Below the pieces are notes generated by a model. The model did no database searches and was not told the DNA's origin. It saw only the letters and a list, made by a program, of their open reading frames with translations. Both the position numbers and the translations under genes were made by a program. DNA of 63,454 nucleotides, the filler included, from Cercozoa sp. M6MM (taxonomy: Eukaryota; Protista; Endomyxa: Ascetosporea), in NCBI GenBank assembly GCA_040357565.1. It is 7 parts of 7 records of this genome, joined end to end, with 100 filler letters (N's around TTAATTAATTAA, not from the genome) between each part and the next. Parts side by side here need not be neighbours in the genome. Positions count along the whole stretch, not along the records: positions 11,188 to 19,985 come from JBDODJ010000511.1; positions 20,086 to 23,187 come from JBDODJ010001609.1; positions 23,288 to 26,764 come from JBDODJ010001436.1; positions 26,865 to 31,842 come from JBDODJ010001005.1; 3 more parts are not named here. The stretch is one strand, 5' to 3'. Positions 13,551-27,044 of the stretch are shown in pieces (position 1 is the stretch's first letter; each line of letters opens with the position of its first letter).

Positions 13551-14168
13551 TTTGTTGAAACGTGCATCGTTGGTGTGTAGATGGCGCCGCCTCGCCCGGC
13601 AGTTCGATCTCCCTGTCCTGACGGTGTGTGTCACGGCACCAGCATCGGTTCGACTCGAAAGGAACCGTCATCGCGTGCGATCATTGGATCATCAAGTTGT
13701 GACGTCGCCTCGCTTTGACTGTGGTGACGGTGCAGACTTGACACTGGACACGTGCACCCACAGTGCCGCCGAGTGTGCCCAGTTGTTGTTGGCACTGGCG
13801 CGGAGTGACAAAGTGACACCACGTGCGACTCGTCAGCAGGCCGTACAGCCGACGCGGACTGCGCGATCTGGGACAGAGTCACTCCTACAGCTAGTTGATC
13901 TCGCACTGCGTCGTCGTATCGCATTGTGGTATCAAGCGCAGCGTCGCGGTCGCTCTGACCTCCCAGATCGGCCTGTTGACATGCGCCGTGCCAAAAAAGA
14001 GACACTGCGGTACGCGCGGACTCTCATTTCGGTTTCGGTACAATTGAACCATTTGTTCCTGCATCCTGTTTCAAGAAAACGATTTCAATGCAGCAGAGCG
14101 ACCAAGAAGATGTCCGCATTCGCGCCATGCAATACTTTGAGTCGCTCTTGTTTCCCAATTTGAAATGA
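13168..14168 (+). CDS. O-phosphoseryl-tRNA(Sec) kinase (PSTK)-like P-loop kinase (PSTK/KTI12 family), spliced
   Basis: MKVIVLLFGPPG|GGKST Walker A, VVVED, VRLERNRHR lid motif, C-terminal LLQLVDLALRRRIA resembling PSTK. Confidence 0.65.
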
Positions 14169-14397
14169 GTCGGAATCGGCCCGGTTTGCTTTGCTTACAG
14201 TCTCATTAATCGCAGTCTGCTAAAGCAAGCTGTGGTAGCATCCGAATAGCAGCGCGACCATTACTGGCTATTTACTAGAAATAATAAAAGAGCATTCTGC
14301 TAAACACAGGCTAAGTTGCACCAAACGTGTGGATATTCAGTCGATAGTGCTCCAGTGCCCTTCGATTTGATTCTAATCGTCGGATTTGCTGAGAAAT

Positions 14398-15740
14398 ATG
14401 TCTGTAGGTTTTCTGCCTTCGTTTTTGGAAGCTGCAGACCCATTATTCTCGTGTGTGCTTTATTGTCAGACGGCCGCCAGACGCCGGTTGATGCGCGACT
14501 TCCAGCGTATCACAAGCGACCCTCCGCATGGTGCCCTTTGTTGTGACCCTGTCGTATGCCCATTAGAGACAGTATCTGCCAGGTGTGTCTGCGTCGCCAC
14601 GGGAAGATAATCTTCTTGAATGGAATGCCGTGATTTTTGGGTGCATTTCGCTATCATTTTCTGGTTGGGATGTTTAGATTTTGATTTGTTTTAGACCGGA
14701 TGAGACGCCCTGGGAAGGCGGTGTTTTCCATCTCCGCATGTCCTTTTCCGAGGAGTACCCAAACAAGGTGTGTCCTTTGCTTCTGGGCGTGTCTGTGTGA
14801 GACTGCTTGCCTGTGCTGCAGCCGCCAAAGGTCGTTTTTGTCACGGAGTTGTTTCACCCGAACGTTTACGCCAACGGTACCAGTGTTTGGCTAGTGTATC
14901 GCCTCTCTGGAGCTGTCCTGAGTGTGCTACCTGTAGGCTCAATCTGCCTGGACATCCTGCAAAAGAACTGGACGCCGATCTACGACGTCGCAGCCGTGCT
15001 GACGTCGGTACAGTCGCTGCTGAGTGACCCAAATCCGAACTCACCTGCCAATGCCGAGGCTGCCAAGGTAGGATTGGTTACCGACAGGCTCAGTGTCCTT
15101 CTACTCTGTTTTTTTCGTCGCAGTTGTTCGTGGAGAATCGACGTGCGTACCACGAGAGAGTAAGACAGGTGTCATTGGCTCTGTTCCTTTCTACCTCTGT
15201 TCCTTTCTGCCCTAAGCCTTAATCCTTAATATGACCTTAATTCCGTTGTGCTTCAGGTGGTCGAGAAGTCATGGGAGCACGCGGAACTGTCCGACTCCGA
15301 CTCAGGTGCGGTTTCTTCAGTGACTGTTGCTAGCTTTCTTTTGAGGTCAATGTTTGCAGAGGACGAGTCCAACGACGATGACGAGGACGTTGACGAGGTA
15401 CGGTTTTCCTTGTGCTTAATCAGTGCCGAATGACCTGACATCACACTGATTGGACAGGAGGCGCACAACGTGTCGCAAGCACTTGACGAGCAGCAACAAC
15501 GACTCGATCGGGTACGGCCTGTTTATTGTCTTACCAAAACACTTGTCTCCCGGGCACACTGACATGCACGCGCATGCTGTTGTCGTAGGAACATGAAGCT
15601 TTCTCCGAACAACAAGCGCAGCAACGAGAAAGGTGTGTTAGGTTCTTACTTTCTGTGAGCGGTGAGTATCTTTCTTTCTCAGTGGACTCACCGCTGTCGC
15701 CGTCGCGACCGAACTTGCACAACAACGGCTCTCTGTGTAA
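14398..15740 (+). CDS. UBC2: Ubiquitin-conjugating enzyme E2 (RAD6/UBC2 type) with acidic/coiled C-terminal tail, spliced
   Basis: MS|[62 protein letters not shown]; ten GT-AG introns. Confidence 0.93.
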
Positions 15741-15857
15741 CCCGAGGCGTCGGACATAACGCAAAGAAAACCGACTCTGCGTTTCGTGTCGTCGCGTTTG
15801 TGATCTTTAATGAGTTTTTTAGTGCGATGAAGTGATAAACCGAACCCACTTGGTTAC

Positions 15858-17223
15858 GTACCGCAGCCCTCTGAAATAGGGACCAGGCGTTGGTACACAA
15901 AATTGAGGCACTTCGCCAGTGATACAAAAAAGCTAAGGAACGAAAGTCCGTCGGTTTTGGAGGGAGTATAGATGCAATGTTAGTTTGAGATAGTAAGTTC
16001 CCCCCAACGGTCCAGTTGGGCGGCAAAGCACTGATGGACGGGAAAGTCACCTGTCAGATGGTACCTGGTCGAGAGAACCCTTCAGCTGCAAAAGCTTGCT
16101 CAAGGCTTCCCCACTCAAACACACGTCAAAATCTTCCACACCTTTCTTGAGGTTTTTTGAAGTTTTAGGGTTGCTTCCGCGCGGATACAGTAGTTTATGC
16201 TGTAACAAGGGGCCGTTTGATCCGATCGCATTCGACGCAATTTGACCCGCGGACCGGATCTCAAATCCGTAAATCTACGACACTGGAGCTAAGCGTATCG
16301 TATGGAATCGTAAACCGAACTGAACGGAAGTATCTGTACATGGTATCTCGGCTCGGCTTGTTTAGTAGATCCGACATCGATCGGCGCGCCGGCACTCGCC
16401 ACTCGCGAGACGCGTCGGAAAATGAGTTCTGAGTCGCATCGGAGCCCGAGACCAGTGAGTATATCATATAAGTTTACGTAGTGACAACAAGCTGTTCTCA
16501 TCAGTTTCTCCGAGGTTGACGTACGGATTTTGGTTATAGTTTCTCGGCTTGCCGATCGAATGCCAATATCGAAGCGATGTATTGCACGAAACTGCAAATG
16601 CATCTCCTTCGTCGCTTGTGCACCCCTTGCCGTTGCTTGTGCAAACCTTGCGGTGTTTGCGGCTTGTGCAACAGCCTGTGCTGTCTTTGCCGAGTTTAAC
16701 CTTTTATCCTAATATCAATTGGCCGGACAGACAAACTGCTTCTTGCGGTCTTGCGCGAAGTCGCAAAGCTGTTGCAAGTCCTAGTAGTTTCAATGGTACA
16801 AGGACAGATTATGAGCGTTCCGTCCCGACACTATTTAACCAATGTTGTTTTCTTTTCGTAGGTGAGAAAGTGGAGTTGCGGGACTTCCCAACCTGTAGTA
16901 GACGGACAAATCGGAAAGGTTGAGAGATTGTCTCTGCCGTGACAGTGCTTCGCTTGGGCTGTTGTTTTTTCAATTGCCATCAACAAGCCTTCGGGCTTCC
17001 GACGACCTTTTCTACAAGCGAAGGGTATGTCTCCTAATCCTAAATCGACGCCATTCTAACTGAAGTTCTACTTCCTTTATTTAGTCGTCTTCAATACCTT
17101 AGTTCCTGGTTTCCATATCGTATTAACTTGGCGCTCATGTTTGGCATTAAAGTCGCCCAAACACTTTTTCGAGAAAAAACCCCAGTTATATCGTTAATTG
17201 CGTAGATAGACCGAACTAACTAG
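15858..17223 (+). other. Unclassified element B: structured 5' region plus possible spliced short ORF(s)
   Basis: 5' motif shared with element A, GGAAC-GAAA-GTCC hairpin, + strand intron-like segments 16796-16861 and 17025-17084, 3' AACTAACTAG as in element A; no recognisable protein. Confidence 0.35.
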
Positions 17224-17310
17224 CAGCCACTCACTACGTGCACTACCGGACTGCACCACCCGACCATGCATGACACAAGCAAAGTCGAGTCACTTCAAGC
17301 CAAAGTGCGC

Positions 17311-19424
<2,114 letters not shown>

Positions 19425-19578
19425 GATGTTTCGTGCTTTTTTTTGCTTTTTGGGAACCTTCGCACACACAAAATACAATATAGAGGTGTGCAGACACGTG
19501 CTTGCTGCTTTAACTAATACCTGGTCCACCGCGAAGCCTATTATGGTAGCACCCGATGGCTGAGGTTTGGGCTCAAAC

Positions 19579-19609
19579 TTGAGCCAATGCGCTTGAGCCA
19601 ATGACGTCA
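19579..19609. promoter_or_regulatory. Tandem CCAAT boxes overlapping a TGACGTCA (CRE/bZIP) palindrome in a divergent promoter
   Basis: TTGAGCCAATG at 19579-19589 and 19593-19603; TGACGTCA at 19602-19609, between the GET3 start and a + strand gene start. Confidence 0.4.
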
Positions 19610-19667
19610 AAAGAAGCATTTCTTCTCATTCCGGGATGCATTTAGAGAATTTGTACCAGTTCGAGAA

Positions 19668-19913
19668 ATGCGTTTGTTGAGGATACTCTGCGTAGCATGC
19701 AGTTTAGCTGTTCTGGCTTTTGCCGATCGCTCTGGTATTGCGTCACTGTGCCCTGTTTATTCTCAGTAATAAAATGTGTATGTGCGCAGAGGAGTGCTGC
19801 TGCGACTCCGAAGTGTACTTAAGCAAAGGGCAAAACACTGTGTGTCTGCTAGAATATTTCCTGCAGACTAGACTCGCACAACAAGTCACTCTTCGACTTG
19901 TTCCATCAGATTC
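19668..19913 (+). CDS. N-terminus of a signal-peptide protein (possibly Ero1-like), truncated at contig end
   Basis: MRLLRILCVACSLAVLAFADRS|EECCCDSE|TRLAQQVTLRLVPSDS by GT-AG splicing; hydrophobic signal peptide, CCCD. Confidence 0.4.
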
Positions 19914-19934
19914 GGTAACGGTGAACACTGTTGT

Positions 19935-19985
<51 letters not shown>

Positions 19986-20085
19986 NNNNNNNNNNNNNNN
20001 NNNNNNNNNNNNNNNNNNNNNNNNNNNNNTTAATTAATTAANNNNNNNNNNNNNNNNNNNNNNNNNNNNNNNNNNNNNNNNNNNN

Positions 20086-20195
<110 letters not shown>

Positions 20196-20209
20196 CGCGG
20201 GTCCAGATA

Positions 20210-20574
20210 CCTCTGGCCAGGCCGCAAAATGCCGCGCAAAGGACGCGCCGCAAAAAGGTCGCTTCGGTTGCCCTTGAGTCGCCACGCAACAGGCTGCTCG
20301 GCCTCTGCGAACCGCATGCACGCGTGCACACTGGCACTGACAGCTTATGTACCATTGCTGATCGTGAAACTGCGGATGACCAAGTCCTCCTTCTGCGACG
20401 GGTCGGACAGACCTAACAACGAGAATATAGGGCAACCACACGCAAAAACATCAAGCACAGAAAAAAAAGCATACTGTAAAACACGAGACGATCTTCATCC
20501 TTTAACCCAACCGCCAAATGCGATTGAATACTCTGCTCGCTTGCCGCGGGCTCTGCTAGCCGCAGAGTCGTCAT
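20210..20574 (-). CDS. MSP (major sperm protein)/VAP-domain protein, 3' truncated
   Basis: IRSFTISN|EAEQPVAWRLKGNRSDLFAARPLRGILRPGQ resembles the MSP consensus (l.N....vafKvKt......y.V.P..Gii.P). Confidence 0.65.
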
Positions 20575-20874
20575 TGCGAGCTAGGTGCACGGTCACACAC
20601 TCACCAACACTGCTAAATGCCAAACCTGAAATCCCGTCGATGCCCAGGAAAATACGAAAACCATTCATCAATATCGATTTTGTTTTAATGGTCAAACTGT
20701 TATTTCGAGCAGAGATGCTCAGGATCACTACCACATTGGCTAAGATGGAACTGATCGACCTAACCGAAACATGGCTTTGCGACACGAGATTGGTTCAAGT
20801 TGTTTTGTTTTATATTTTTTAAGACATGGGTCAAATTAGGCACAGACTCTAATCAGCTGAAAGCCGAGGTGAGC

Positions 20875-21553
20875 TTAGAGCGTCTTCTGCTCACGCAGAC
20901 GGCGGATCGTCGAGCGGGCCGTCACAGCCGGGGCCGTGCTGCAAAGGCACACAAATAAATAGATAAGGATGAAGCACATGTCAGCATTTTCGTCAAAGGG
21001 AACGCACTTGACCATGTAGGCGCCACCAGCGAGCACCTTGCTGCAGCCGGAGCACTTCCAGATGCCGACGGCCTGACGCTTGACGGCGGTCTTACCGCAG
21101 AACTTGCACACGTACTTCGAGTGCTGGGCAATCTCGATCTTCTTGATCACCTTACGGAGCGAGGCACCGTAGCGGGTGCCGTACTTGCCCGTGATGCCGA
21201 CCTTCTTGGTACGCTTGCCCTGCAACAACATACAACGTCGACGGATCTCAGAGATCACACGCATCGAAACCAAAGCACGAAACACGAGAAACGAATCACA
21301 GGCGATACGCACAACTCAAAATCTTAACCACAGCACTCTGAGCACAACGCGCGGAGGACACAACGGGGCACGTGCAGCGTTTTGCGGCGAGACGGGCTGG
21401 CGCGCACCACACTCAATCGAGAGTGACGCTAGCGACCTGGCAGCATCTGGCACGCATTTCGACACGCACGCACGCAGCCCGGAGTCAATCCGCGCGAACG
21501 GCCTCGAGGCGGCAAAATTTCGAGCATAGCGCAGGGAAGCGTAAACGCACCAT
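20875..21553 (-). CDS. RPL37A: 60S ribosomal protein eL43 (L37a), spliced
   Basis: [23 protein letters not shown]...[20 protein letters not shown]; start inferred as ATG|GT at 21553 with a ~330-nt first intron. Confidence 0.96.
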
Positions 21554-21726
21554 CTTGAGTGCCGAAGTGTCTGTGCTCGAAGCCCAAAAGCGGGAGTTAG
21601 GATTTTCTGAATTTTTCTGGTCCCTGAACGGCGCTCCGGGCGTACGCAACGACAAAATTAACAAAAACGCCAATAGACTGTTCAGCAGCGCGCGAGCCTC
21701 CGCATCAGTGCCCTCGTTGTGCAACA

Positions 21727-23103
21727 ATGGTATTGTTGGCGCAATCTTTCGTGTATAACCCAGACCAGTATTTCTTCTGGGAGTTTTGTCGACTTTGATG
21801 AACTGAATGTTTGCCGCGTCTCAACCGCGATCTGAGCTCTTGTTTTCTGTGATTCAAGTGTAAATCAATGACTGTGCTGACAGGTGGCTGTTCGAGGTCT
21901 CGAGGGCTGGCTGCGACAGCGGCAGCTCGTGCGGAAGGAGCCATTCGATGCGCTCAAGGGGATGCGGATCGGCGTCGATGCTTTCCAGTGGATTCGTGCT
22001 TCGGTTCCTTTCCTCTTATTGTTATTATGGGAGGTGTGTTTCTGACGGCGTGTGTGTGCAGACCTTCCTGGACGAGTCGCTCTCTTCTGCTCTTGGAGGC
22101 CGTTTGCTCGCGTTGGAGAAGAACGTTGCCGCTGAACTGGCCGAACTGCACGGTAGATTGTGCCCTGCCCGTTAATTTGACACAAATGATCCGTAGGTGC
22201 CGAGGTGACGCCTCTGGTCGTGTTCGGTGGCCTGGCACAGAGCAAAAAGACGAAGTCACCGCTCGCTTCCTCGCGTGCGAAGAAGTTCCTCGAAAAGCGA
22301 CAGGTACAGTTTCAATTCTTTATTTATTCTTTTAAATTTTGTTGTTTATCATTTGCAATTCATTTTTAATATTTTCATTCATTGTTTAAGATTTCTATTC
22401 GTTATTTTAGTACTCGATATTTATTCGTGTGATATTTTTTCCTCAGGACGCGTGGAAGGCGTTTGAAAGTGGCAAACTGCGCACCGCGCAACAGCTTTTC
22501 GCTCAACTCGGCGGCTATGTGTCTGTCGGTCTGCAGAACCGTATCTTTGATATGTTGCAGCGCAGGGTATGTTCCTGATTCGTTTTTCTGTTGAATTGTT
22601 TGCTTTTGTAAATCTGCCTGAGATATCTGAGGGATTTTTTGTGCTATCATTTCGCAGGGCATCTCATGTCTGCGAGCACCGTTCTCTGCGTCGGCGCAAC
22701 TGGTCATTTTCGTCCTCAGCGAAAGCAAGAAACGATAGTTCACTGTGCGTGTTTTTGTGCAGGCGTGTTTCGCCAAGCAACAGTTCGTTCACGCAGTTTT
22801 CGGCGGCCTGGAGTTGCTGCTGATGCAGGTGTTTTCACTCCAGCTTTTGCAGGTGGCTACAGCAAGGTGAAGTTGTTCTGGAGCGCAGGTGCAACGAGTG
22901 ATCGTAACGATGAACGTGCGCGAGAAGTACATCGAATGGGTCTCACTGGAGGACGTGCTCAACGGTACTTTCACACGCACAGGGTCAGTGTTGTGTGTAG
23001 TGAGACATGTTGCTGGGCAGAACTTAAGGTGGACCACGCGACCTTTGTCCAGTTGTGTCTTGTGGCCGGTTTCGACAGCTGCCGCACGCTGCCGGGCCTG
23101 CTG
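21727..23103 (+). CDS. MKT1: MKT1-like (XPG/PIN-like) post-transcriptional regulator, spliced, 3' truncated
   Basis: M|VAVRGLEGWLRQRQLV..EPFDALKGMRIGVDAFQWI, ESLSSALGG, TPLVVFGGL, APFSASAQL. Confidence 0.75.
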
Positions 23104-23136
23104 TACTTTCGTTGCTGTGTCCTGTATATATATATA

Positions 23137-23187
<51 letters not shown>

Positions 23188-23352
23188 NNNNNNNNNNNNN
23201 NNNNNNNNNNNNNNNNNNNNNNNNNNNNNNNTTAATTAATTAANNNNNNNNNNNNNNNNNNNNNNNNNNNNNNNNNNNNNNNNNNNNTGTGTGTGTGTGT
23301 GTGTGTGTGTGTGTCAACTGAGTATCTCTCTAAGCGTGGCCTGTAAGCACAG

Positions 23353-23637
23353 GCCTCCAAGTACGACAAGCGTTCCTCGAAGCACGACTCGCGTCACGAT
23401 GCCGGCTACCACCGCAGCGACCGCCGACACGGCCACCGTGACCACCACTCGGACCGCCGTCGTCACGGCCACGGCGGCCGCTACGAGCGTCGTCACGGCG
23501 ACGACCATGCTTCGGACCGTCGTCGCCGCCGTCGTCACGGTGGCGATCACGGCCACAAGCGCCGTCGCGACGAGCACTACGGCCGCCGCCGTGCTGACAG
23601 CTACCATCGTGACCACAGCTACGACCGTGACTACTAA
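23353..23637 (+). CDS. Last exon of a gene with an Arg/Asp/His-rich low-complexity tail (RNA-processing-factor-like)
   Basis: After an AG acceptor: ASKYDKRSSKHDSRHD...RRHGDDHASDRRRRRRH...YDRDY* with strong GC3 codon bias. Confidence 0.6.
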   Translation, partial: ASKYDKRSSKHDSRHDAGYHRSDRRHGHRDHHSDRRRHGHGGRYERRHGDDHASDRRRRRRHGGDHGHKRRRDEHYGRRRADSYHRDHSYDRDY

Positions 23638-24240
23638 ACTGTCGCACACCGACTTGACCTCTCAACGTCCTGATCTCAATCTACTTCGCCTCCGCGCACG
23701 GGTTGCTTTTCGTTGTTTCAGGCTCTACCGTTTTTACATTGAGTTAATTGCACGCGGTCACGTCGAGATTCTGCGTTGGTTTAGTTCACTTTGCTGCTCG
23801 CAGCTTTCTACGCAAGTTGTGCACGTTGATGGCCGCTTGCTGTGACGAAGTTGTCGCTGGCACGTCATTTCAACATTGGTACCTGTGCCAGTGCATGGCA
23901 AGACTGCCCCCCGTACGACCGGCCGCTAATCTATCTCGTCTATCAGTTATTGTTAGTGGTACGGTAGTACCCCCTTGTCAGTTCGCTAGGGCTGTTTTCT
24001 TGGAGCAGTTCCGAGCTGCTCCCCTTCAAGGGCCATCTTGTTTGACTGGCATGACTGACTGACGTGAGATGCTTATGCGCTGCCGCGCGGAGCGGAACAA
24101 GTCGAGTAGTCTGATGAGTAGATTGATTTATGTTGACACTGGCAGTAACAGACTGATGGACATGAGGTAACCAACTATCGTACGGTACGGCACCCCGCAC
24201 ATGCAGTGACGGACGACCGGATAGCCGCAGTTACCGTGCG

Positions 24241-25067
24241 CTAAATCGTGTCAGGCAACACAAGTGGGAGTCGGTCACGGTGCATACCAAGAAGCGTGTC
24301 CAACGCCTTCTTGATCTTGCGGAGAGAGTCCTGGGACCATGGTCGTGAAATGACACAGACACGCAAACACCGACACGCAGTGTGATACCTGAGGAAGCAG
24401 CTCAATATTAAGCTCGACTTCATCGTCGTTGTCGTCGCCCTCAGGCAGACACCCCTCGGGGATCCAGTCCCACATCTTGCCCATGATCACGTCCTGTACT
24501 GCCTCGGGTGCCGTCATGATTGCGTCCTACGAAGACGGGAGGAATACCAATACACAGATACGGGCACGCGCCTACACATATGGAAGCGAGGAGGAGAGTA
24601 CCTGCAAGGCAGCGCCGTCGACTTGTGTGCTCACCGGTTTTTGCAAGGGTATCACCGGTTGTGTTGCTACCAAGACATAGGAAAACGTGCACATATCCCA
24701 GATATATGGATGACTGGCAGTACAGATGGGCGGCACTGGCACACTATCTGCGTCCTCTGGCGCGATCGGCACGCCCGAGGGAGGAATACCTGGCCACGAC
24801 GACACCTTCTTGTCGAAGGCAGCCTGAGTGCGTACAGTATGTACAGAGAACTGTCGAAACGTGTAGTGGAAGAGACAAAAGCAGTACGAGCAAGCTCTTG
24901 GCGACTTTGTGCACGGTGTTGGTGGCCGGATTGTACTTCATTGCATTCTACGCACACAGGGATCAAGGTACACGGACACATACTGACACACCAACAGAGA
25001 CGAGACATGAGGTATACCTGGAAAGTGAGTCGGACTAGTCGCACGAACTCGAGCCTTGTTGAGCACT
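24241..25067 (-). CDS. BET/GTE-type bromodomain + ET-domain protein, 5' part missing
   Basis: EFVRLVRLTFQ|NAMKYNPATNTVHKVAKSLL|AAFDKK (bromodomain C-terminal half); EVELNIELLPQ|DSLRKIKK (ET domain). Confidence 0.75.
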
Positions 25068-25068
25068 G

Positions 25069-25118
<50 letters not shown>

Positions 25119-25128
25119 NNNNNNNNNN

Positions 25129-25177
<49 letters not shown>

Positions 25178-25178
<1 letters not shown>

Positions 25179-26689
25179 ACGATGATGTCGCTGCGTGAGG
25201 CGGCCGTCTGCAAGGCGCCTGTGGTGGATCACCTGTCCGTCACGTCCGATCACTACACGAATTACCTGCTGCCCAACGTTGGTACCTCGCTCTTCTGTCG
25301 AGCTATCCGATGCACTCTTCCCCACCGCACTGTGTCTTTCTATGTTCCTCTGTGTGCACTGCAGACTACAACAGCAAGCGCCACCGCAACAACCGCGGCT
25401 TTGAGCGCTCGCAGTTCGGTCGCGGCAACTCGCGTCGTCAGAACCGCCGCAACAACAACACCAGCGTATTCTGGCACCTGTTTTCTCTTGATCCCTCTCC
25501 GTTTTACTCCCTGCTCTCGTGTTGACCTGTGCAGATCCGCCGCCGACCCGCTGTTCCTGTGCCGCGGTCGGAGAACGCCTGGCGACCGGTGAGTCGCTCA
25601 GCGTGTCCTTTGTTGATGCGTGTGCTTACGTGTGTATGCCGCAGGGCCTGATGACGGAGGAGAACGCCGCGCTGCGCCGCCAAGTGCGCTCGCTGCTGAA
25701 CAAGATGTCGCTCACGAACTACACCAAGCTGTCGAGCAAGTTCATCGAGACCGTGTCGCAGGAGGTCGACAACGCCGGCAAGCTCTTCGATGTCGTGTCG
25801 CTGCTGTTCGAGCGCACGTGCGACGACCACGGCAGCGTCGGCTTGTTCGCCCTGCTGTCGCAGCAGGTGACCGACACCATCGGCGACAAGACCTTTGACG
25901 TCGAGCGCGAGGACGGCACACTCTGCACACTCATGTGGAAGGTACACCCCCCCCCCCCCCCGACTATACCGTTGCCTGCCCCTTGTCGCGCGCGTGTGAG
26001 TGTATGCTTGGTATGTGCTTGTACAGAGCCTCGTGGTGCGCATGTGCGTGATGCGTGTGCGTCACTTTGAGCCGCCGGCGCAGCCCGAGAGCATGCCGGA
26101 GGACGAGTACTCGGAGCTCGTGCACAAGCACAAGCACCGCGCGCAGGGCAACATCCTCTTCCTGGCACAACTCTTCGAGCACGTACTCTTGGCCCTGCTC
26201 CATCCCCTTTACTCTTTGCCACTTTACTCCTTTACCCCTCCCCCCGTGTCGCAGGACCTGGTGTCAGAGAGCATCGTGCACACGGTGATGCAGTCGCTCC
26301 TCAAGAAGGACGCCGTCGACGAGAGCGACGTCGAGGCGGCCGCGCTGTTGCTGCGCGGCGCCGGCAAGAAAATGGACAGCTCCAAGTCGCACAAGCTTGT
26401 GTGCGCTTACGTCGATCGACTCAGTTTCTACGCCTCGCCCGAGTATCCGCCTGCCGACATTGACGGTATGCCACTCAAGTGTGCGTGCGTTGGGCGTGCC
26501 CGTGTCTGTACATTTACCAGTTTGCACGCAGCCCAGAAGCTGTCGATGCGCACGCGCACCAAGGTGGCCGATGCCACGGACTTGTTCTTCAACAAGTGGG
26601 TCGACACATCACCGCACGCCAAGGTCACCAAGGCCAAGACCATCGACGAGTTCCGCCAAGACTACGAGAAGTCTAAGCGCGAGAAGGAG
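25178..26689 (+). CDS. eIF4G-like MIF4G-domain protein, internal fragment
   Basis: RRQVRSLLNKMSLTNYTKL, HRAQGNILFLAQLF, DVEAAALLLRGAGKKMD, LSMRTR; followed by KAKTIDEFRQD. Confidence 0.85.
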
Positions 26690-26716
26690 GTATGTCCTGT
26701 GTTCCCTACACGGGGG

Positions 26717-26764
<48 letters not shown>

Positions 26765-26864
26765 NNNNNNNNNNNNNNNNNNNNNNNNNNNNNNNNNNNN
26801 NNNNNNNNTTAATTAATTAANNNNNNNNNNNNNNNNNNNNNNNNNNNNNNNNNNNNNNNNNNNN

Positions 26865-27043
<179 letters not shown>

Positions 27044-27044
27044 C

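Noticed and set aside
16163-16172. TTTTAGGGTT as a telomerase RNA template (AACCCUAAAA on the - strand)
   Set aside because: A single 10-mer is expected by chance, the telomere repeat is unknown, and GNRA loops suggest the + strand is the structured one.
24111-24156. Possible C/D snoRNA (TGATGA...CTGA)
   Set aside because: Boxes only ~45 nt apart, with no terminal stem or recognisable rRNA guide.
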